Source of the DNA: Octopus vulgaris
Taxonomy: Eukaryota
Direction: 5' to 3'
NCBI GenBank assembly: GCA_951406725.2
Contig: OX597822.1
Location: forward strand, 28,644,001-28,708,000
DNA: 64,000 nt
Positions 57,670 through 64,000 of this stretch are shown piece after piece. The notes below the pieces were generated by a model, which worked only from the letters and a program-made list of their open reading frames with translations, made no database searches and was not told where the DNA came from. Each line of letters starts with the position of its first letter. Positions within the stretch are counted from its first letter, which is position 1. The translations under genes were made by a program, and so were the position numbers.

Positions 57670-57755
57670 TTGGCTGAAGAGCACTCGGCATCTTAAATCT
57701 GCTGCAATACTTATAGCTTTTAATAAAATGTTGTAGTGCGAAACATTTGTACAAA
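57670..57755 (+). ncRNA. Type I hammerhead ribozyme with large loop II (weak stem I)
   Basis: TTGG-CTGAAGA-GCACT-(49 nt)-AGTGC-GAAAC-ATTT-GTA-CAAA. Confidence 0.7.
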
Positions 57756-57835
57756 ATCACCGGAGTCATTCTTGTTGCTTATTTTTGTGTATAATATGCG
57801 AAGACACATTAGCTGGTACAACCCCCCTCACCTAA

Positions 57836-57929
<94 letters not shown>

Positions 57930-58038
57930 TTAAAGCAGCAGAAAATTCAAATTTTCTGCTGCTGTAAATTATGCATATTACTCTACCACTGGTATTTGAG
58001 TACTCTTTTTTCCACCTTGTTTCACATTTATGTGTTTA

Positions 58039-58095
<57 letters not shown>

Positions 58096-58098
<3 letters not shown>

Positions 58099-59190
58099 GT
58101 TGAAAACCCTATTCACAGGCCTCTCCGGTGGTCTCTACCGCGATGATGGCCTTTTTGCCCTCCACAAAATAAACCCCAGGACCACGGATGGGTTCCGGAA
58201 AAACCTTTACACTTTTTTTAAAAACTTAGGCCTTAGGATTACCTTAGATTCGAACTTAACCAAAGCTAACTTCCTTGGCGTTACCCTCGATTTAGAAACC
58301 CAATGAATCCCTTAGATACATAGACATTAATTCTAACCACCCCAAAAATATATTAGACAACCTAGTGAAAAGTGTCTCCATTAGGATATCTAGCCTCTCT
58401 GCCTCCGAGGATATCTTTAATGCCGCAGCCCCCTATTACAACGAGGCCCTGGCCCGCAGTGGCTTTAGAGATAAGATCACCTACATTAGCATAGCCCCAC
58501 GCCCACCCAAGAATAATATGCGAAGACACATTAGCTGGTACAACCCCCCTTCAACCGTGAAGTTTCAACACCCGTAGCTAAAATTTTCTTCACTCTCTTA
58601 CAAAAACACTTCCCCACCCAACATAAGTACTATACAATCCTTAATAAGAACACCATTAGACTCTCCTACTCCACCACACCCAATCTAGCTAGGAACCTAG
58701 CCAACAACAACGTCAAAAAACTTAATAAATCTACTTTTTCCGCAGCCCATCCAGCATCCGACAGCAACTGCAATTGCAACTGCCCTGATAAGACTACTTG
58801 CCCCCTCAACAACAACTGCCTACAGAAAGATCTCGTCTACATATGCGATGTACGATTAGGCCCCGATGATAAAAGAAAATCGTACATCGGAATGACCTCA
58901 AATAGTTTTAAGACTCGCTGGTACGCCACACACATTCGTTCCGGCGACCTGACAAATCTAACCAGACCACTCTCGCCGCCCATATCTGGCACCTTAAAAG
59001 GAACTCCATCCCCTTCAAGATCAAGTGGAGACTACTCCAGAGAGCGCGTTCTTACACGGGAGGCCATACTTGCTGTGACCTTTGTATTTCTGAGAGCTTG
59101 GAGATCTTATTCGCCAAAGGCCCTCTCCTCAACAAGATCTCGGAACACTCCTCAAACTGTATGCACAAAATCTATGCAAACTACAAAAAT
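58096..59190 (+). mobile_element. Penelope-like element 3' half (RT + Cys-rich linker + GIY-YIG endonuclease), frameshifted
   Basis: GLYRDDGL, FLGVTLDL, SIRISSLS, YNEALARSGF, WYNPP, CNCPDKTTCPLNNNC, VY..YIGMTSNSFKTRWY, CDLC. Confidence 0.92.
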
Positions 59191-59354
59191 TACAGACCCA
59201 CCCGGCCACCCGATTGACGACACCCCACCCACAAAACCCCCCACCCCCCACCACACCACCGTTCCTTCATCACCCCCAATTACCTTCTCTCCTAAGACTA
59301 TATACATATATGTATATATATATACATATGTATATATGCACATATGATTGATTG

Positions 59355-59540
59355 ATTGATTGATTCTAGTTTCAGCTTATGAGCTGTGGCCATGCTGGGG
59401 CACCGCCATTTGGTGTTGCTACTTGGTTTCACTTCATGGAGGCTTTCTAGCAACTGCTATTTGGTGCATGAGAGAGTTCGATGCAGCTGCCCTCATCTGC
59501 CCCTCCTGCCGTGAAGTTGGTTCATCTGGGACACCTGACA
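59355..59540 (-). mobile_element. CR1/L2-like LINE 3' terminus with (ATCA)n tail
   Basis: [10 protein letters not shown]; terminus GGCGGTGCCCCAGCATGGCCACAGCTCATAAGCTGAAACTAGAATCAATC. Confidence 0.75.
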
Positions 59541-59668
59541 GATGTATATATGTGCATATATATGTATGTGTGCATGTGTATATGTACATATGTATGTGTA
59601 TGTGTGTATATGTGTGTATGTGTATATATGTGCATATGTATGTATACGCGTGTATATATATATGTATA

Positions 59669-59710
<42 letters not shown>

Positions 59711-59999
59711 CAACAATTGAGGGTAAAATTAATTAATTAATTATTAATCAATTTCACCAAGTGTTCAGTATGTAAAGGGACCATTTAAGGCGAATTTAAA
59801 TTATTACATTATATAAAAGGGCTTAGTAAAATAAATTACTTTGCCACATACTGAACTCATTAGAAATAGTAGCTAAAAAAAACTTTTTTAAAACTATTTC
59901 TAATATTTAAAGAAAATCTCTCTCATATAGTGTTTTGCTCAATTCAACTCACGAAAGTATGGGGGTAAAGACATTAAAAAATCAAATGCAAAGGTTATT

Positions 60000-60052
60000 T
60001 GAGAACGTACGTTTCAAGATTAGTCAAACTCGACATTTCTATCATCAGCACA
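60000..60052 (-). ncRNA. Hammerhead ribozyme, array unit 1 (stem I mismatch)
   Basis: Minus strand TGTG-CTGATGA-...-GAAAC-GTAC-GTT-CTCA. Confidence 0.75.
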
Positions 60053-60560
60053 GAACTCCTTGGTTTGGATTTGAAAACACTGAAAGTGGGAGCATACCCT
60101 TTCGGCTTCTTATCGCTTCTGAAGATCTGCTCGAAACTAACTGCCAGCACACCCAAAATATGCAAGCGAAGAATTTCTGCTCTCCCTTTCCACCAGCGTG
60201 GGTTAAAATCAGTAAACACTATGCTTTTTCGGTAAATCCGAAACATTAAATAGAGAGAGATGAATTATAATTTCAACAATTGAGGGTAAAATTAATTAAT
60301 TAATTATTAATCAATGTCACCAAGTGTTCAGTATGTAAAGGGACCATTTAAGGCGAATTTAAATTATTACATTATATAAAAGGGCTTAGTAAAATAAATT
60401 ACTTTGCCACATACTGAACTCATTAGAAATAGTAGCTAAAAAAACTTTTTTAAAACTATTTCTAATACTTAAAGAAAATCTCTCTCATATAGTGTTTGCT
60501 CAATTCAACTCACGAAAGTATGGGGGTAAAGACATTAAAAAATCAAATGCAAAGGTTATT

Positions 60561-60613
60561 TGAGAACGTACGTTTCAAGATTAGTCAAACTCGACATTTC
60601 TATCATCAGCTCA
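60561..60613 (-). ncRNA. Hammerhead ribozyme, array unit 2
   Basis: Minus strand TGAG-CTGATGA-T-AGAAATGTCGAGTTTGACTAATCT-T-GAAAC-GTAC-GTT-CTCA. Confidence 0.8.
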
Positions 60614-61198
60614 GAACTCCTTGGTTTGGATTTGAAAACACTGAAAGTGGGAGCATACCCTTTCGGCTTCTTATCGCTTCTGAAGATCTGCTCGAAACTA
60701 ACAGTGCCAGCACACCCAAAATATGCAAGCGAAGAATTTCTGCTCTCCCCTTTCCACCAGCGTAGGTTAAAATCAGTAAACACTATGCTTTTTCGGTAAA
60801 AGTTTTTTTTTTAGCTACTATTTCTAATGAGTTCAGTATGTGGCAAAGTAATTTATTTTACTAAGCCCTTTTATATAATGTAATAATTTAAATTCGCCTT
60901 AAATGGTCCCTTTACATACTGAACACTTGGTGAAATTGATTAATAATTAATTAATTAATTTTACCCTCAATTGTTGAAATTATAATTCATCTCTCTCTAT
61001 TTAATGTTTCGGATTTACCGAAAAAGCATAGTGTTTACTGATTTTAACCCACGCTGGTGGAAAGGGGAGAGCAGAAATTCTTCGCTTGCATATTTTGGGT
61101 GTGCTGGCAGTTAGTTTCGAGCAGATCTTCAGAAGCGATAAGAAGCCGAAAGGGTATGCTCCCACTTTCAGTGTTTTCAAATCCAAACCAAGGAGTTC

Positions 61199-61251
61199 TG
61201 AGCTGATGATAGAAATGTCGAGTTTGACTAATCTTGAAACGTACGTTCTCA
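61199..61251 (+). ncRNA. Hammerhead ribozyme, array unit 3
   Basis: TGAG-CTGATGA...GAAAC-GTAC-GTT-CTCA. Confidence 0.8.
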
Positions 61252-61762
61252 AATAACCTTTGCATTTGATTTTTTAATGTCTTTACCCCCATACTTTCGT
61301 GAGTTGAATTGAGCAAACACTATATGAGAGAGATTTTCTTTAAGTATTAGAAATAGTTTTAAAAAAGTTTTTTTAGCTACTATTTCTAATGAGTTCAGTA
61401 TGTGGCAAAGTAATTTATTTTACTAAGCCCTTTTATATAATGTAATAATTTAAATTCGCCTTAAATGGTCCCTTTACATACTGAACACTTGGTGAAATTG
61501 ATTAATAATTAATTAATTAATTTTACCCTCAATTGTTGAAATTATAATTCATCTCTCTCTATTTAATGTTTCGGATTTACCGAAAAAGCATAGTGTTTAC
61601 TGATTTTAACCCACGCTGGTGGAAAGGGGAGAGCAGAAATTCTTCGCTTGCATATTTTGGGTGTGCTGGCACTGTTAGTTTCGAGCAGATCTTCAGAAGC
61701 GATAAGAAGCCGAAAGGGTATGCTCCCACTTTCAGTGTTTTCAAATCCAAACCTAGGAGTTC

Positions 61763-61815
61763 TGAGCTGATGATAGAAATGTCGAGTTTGACTAATCTTG
61801 AAACGTACGTTCTCA
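61763..61815 (+). ncRNA. Hammerhead ribozyme, array unit 4
   Basis: Identical motif 564 bp downstream of unit 3. Confidence 0.8.
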
Positions 61816-62000
61816 AATAACCTTTGCATTTGATTTTTTAATGTCTTTACCCCCATACTTTCGTGAGTTGAATTGAGCAAACACTATATGAGAGAGATTT
61901 TCTTTAAGTATTAGAAATAGTTTTAAAAAAGTTTTTTTTAGCTACTATTTCTAATGAGTTCAGTATGTGGCAAAGTAATTTATTTTACTAAGCCCTTTTT

Positions 62001-62038
<38 letters not shown>

Positions 62039-62189
62039 ATAAAAATATATGCATACATACAAACATATATGTACGTACCTACATCTACATGTATATATAC
62101 ATGCATATATAAATAATTATACGTGAGTACAGGACACCACAATAAGACGTAGAAACGTTCCACCTCTTGGTTCCTGTTATTTTTATATT

Positions 62190-62777
62190 ATTATATATAT
62201 ATATATACATATGTTTGTATGCGTGTGTATGTATTTATGTATGTATGTGTGTACATGTGTATATATTTATATGTATGTATATGTATATGTATATGTTTAT
62301 GTATGTATATATATATGCATATATGTGTATTTATATGTGTGCATGTATGTATGTATGTATGTATATGTGTATATGTGTATATATATATGCATGTATGTAT
62401 TTATGTATATATATATGTGTGTGTGTATGTGTATATGCTTGTATATGTTTATGTATGCGTATGTGTATTTATATTTACATGTGTATTTGTATATAAATGT
62501 ATGTGTGTATGCATGTATATATTTGTGTATGGATGTATGTATATATATACTTTATTTTAAGCAGCAGAAAATTCAACAAAATCTGTTACTCTGAGTTTCT
62601 CGTTGCCGTTCATCAGACAGTTTTTGCTAGAATGGAACTTATATATTAATTCAATCTATTACTCTTACAAACGCTACACCTTTAAAAAGAAATGGACTTA
62701 AAATAAAGCATATTACTCTACCACTGGTATTTGAGTACTCTTTTTTCAACCTTGTTTCACATTTATGTGTTTACTCC

Positions 62778-62818
<41 letters not shown>

Positions 62819-63235
62819 ACATGTACATTTATGTATGGGTATATATATATGTGTATATGTGTAGATGTGTATATGTATGTACGTGTATGTATGTGTATGT
62901 ATGTGCATGTATGTATATGTGTGTATGTATGTATGTGTATGTATGTATGTATATGCATGTGTGTATTTATATATGCATATATGTATTTATATGCGTATAT
63001 ATACTTATATATGCGTATATATATTTATATACACATATGTTTTTATATGTGCATTTGTGTTTATATATGCGTGTATATATTTATGTGTGTGTTTGTGTGT
63101 ACGTATGTATATTTATGTATGTGTTTATATATGCATAATTATTTATATGTTTATTTGTACATGGGTATATTTATGTATGTATACTTATGTGTATTTGTAT
63201 ATATATATATATGTGCGTGTGTGTGTCTTTCTATG

Positions 63236-63288
<53 letters not shown>

Positions 63289-63400
63289 ATATATGTATGT
63301 ATGTGTATGTATGTATATGTATGTGCGTATGTATGTATACATATGTATATTCGCATGTGTATGTATGTGTGTTTGTATGTATATTTATTTTATATGTTTT
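62190..63400. repeat. Degenerate (TA/TG) low-complexity tract interrupted by a PLE-terminal fragment (62553-62780)
   Basis: Alternating purine-pyrimidine sequence; the 62553-62780 insert matches 57925-58040. Confidence 0.85.
62583..62620 (-). ncRNA. Minimal type I hammerhead ribozyme
   Basis: Minus strand CTGT-CTGATGA-ACGGCAACGA-GAAAC-TCAGA-GTA-ACAG. Confidence 0.8.
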
Positions 63401-63726
63401 TTCATGTATATTTATCTATTCCCTCCACCTAACAATAACAAACTGCCTACCTCTTCTTGACCACCAAAAAGCAATTGTCTTCTAATTTACCTAAAATCCC
63501 ATCCCATATATCTGTTTCTATTCATTTATTCTATTTATTCATTTATTTATGTTCTCACTGTTTCTTCTCTTTTCACAAAACACTCTGGCCTTTTGACCAC
63601 TCCCCTAAGAACAATAGATTGTGCCCTGTTTATGTCCTAAATACCAACCTACCCAAAAAACGTCCCCCACCACCACTCCATTAAATCTGCCTAAATGCAT
63701 AAATACTAGAACTTATTTTGACAGCC

Positions 63727-63777
63727 AGCTTCCTGAAGATTTCATCTGAATGAAACAGTTCTAGTCCTGTAGAAGCT
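63727..63777 (+). ncRNA. Type I hammerhead ribozyme with complete stem III
   Basis: AGCTTC-CTGAAGA-T-TTCATCTGAA-T-GAA-ACAG-TTCTAGTC-CTGT-A-GAAGCT; 6-bp stem I, 4-bp stem III, GUA triplet. Confidence 0.85.
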
Positions 63778-63859
63778 CCTTCTATAAAATAAATTACTTT
63801 ACTCTGCTATGTATTGAGTACCTTATTTACTGTGGTTAACCCCGACTCAACCCGGGACC

Positions 63860-63901
<42 letters not shown>

Positions 63902-64000
63902 CACACACACTCATGAATACATGCACACGCAGAAGTAAATATCGTAAAATGTGCAATGGCTCACACGCGTTCAACGAGAACGAAAATAACATCTTTCAAG

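Larger units (their letters stand above)
59703..62008. mobile_element. Tandem + inverted array of a ~562-bp hammerhead-containing unit (retrozyme/PLE pseudo-LTR-like)
   Basis: Units 59703-60265 and 60266-60800 in one orientation; 60798-60984 (partial), 60985-61545 and 61546-62008 inverted; (TA)n at both ends. Confidence 0.85.

Noticed and set aside
59935-61880. Repeated 79-105 aa ORFs in the array
   Set aside because: Frames differ between units through indels and no protein motif is recognisable; treated as non-coding
59703-62008. CRISPR-like or prokaryotic repeat system
   Set aside because: No short repeat-unique spacer structure, no cas genes, eukaryotic context

Overview
AT-rich, microsatellite-laden animal genomic DNA. 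The SINE families and repeat landscape point to an octopus or other coleoid cephalopod (inference). The only host gene is an intronless Methuselah-like/family-B GPCR on the minus strand (21405-19391), broken by a 1-nt frameshift in a T7 run. A decayed paralog lies at ~35560-37020, within a tandem segmental duplication (~2.6-20.9 kb vs ~24.9-37.0 kb); a third diverged fragment is at ~51.4-53.3 kb. The rest is mobile DNA: two near-full-length R4/Dong LINEs in (TAA)n, an RTE LINE with twin-priming 5'-inversion geometry, CR1/L2 fragments, Penelope-like element (PLE) remnants, three tRNA-derived SINE families, two non-autonomous Helitrons with paralogous empty sites, a hAT MITE and a Gypsy integrase fragment. 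The most striking hidden signal is about 19 type-I hammerhead ribozyme motifs (plus 2 degenerate ones) from about a dozen distinct sequence families. Several have very long stem II insertions or a non-canonical 10.1-11.1 pair. Four lie in a young ~562-bp tandem-plus-inverted, retrozyme-like array at 59.7-62.0 kb. All calls were made by eye; ribozyme activity and element boundaries are unverified.
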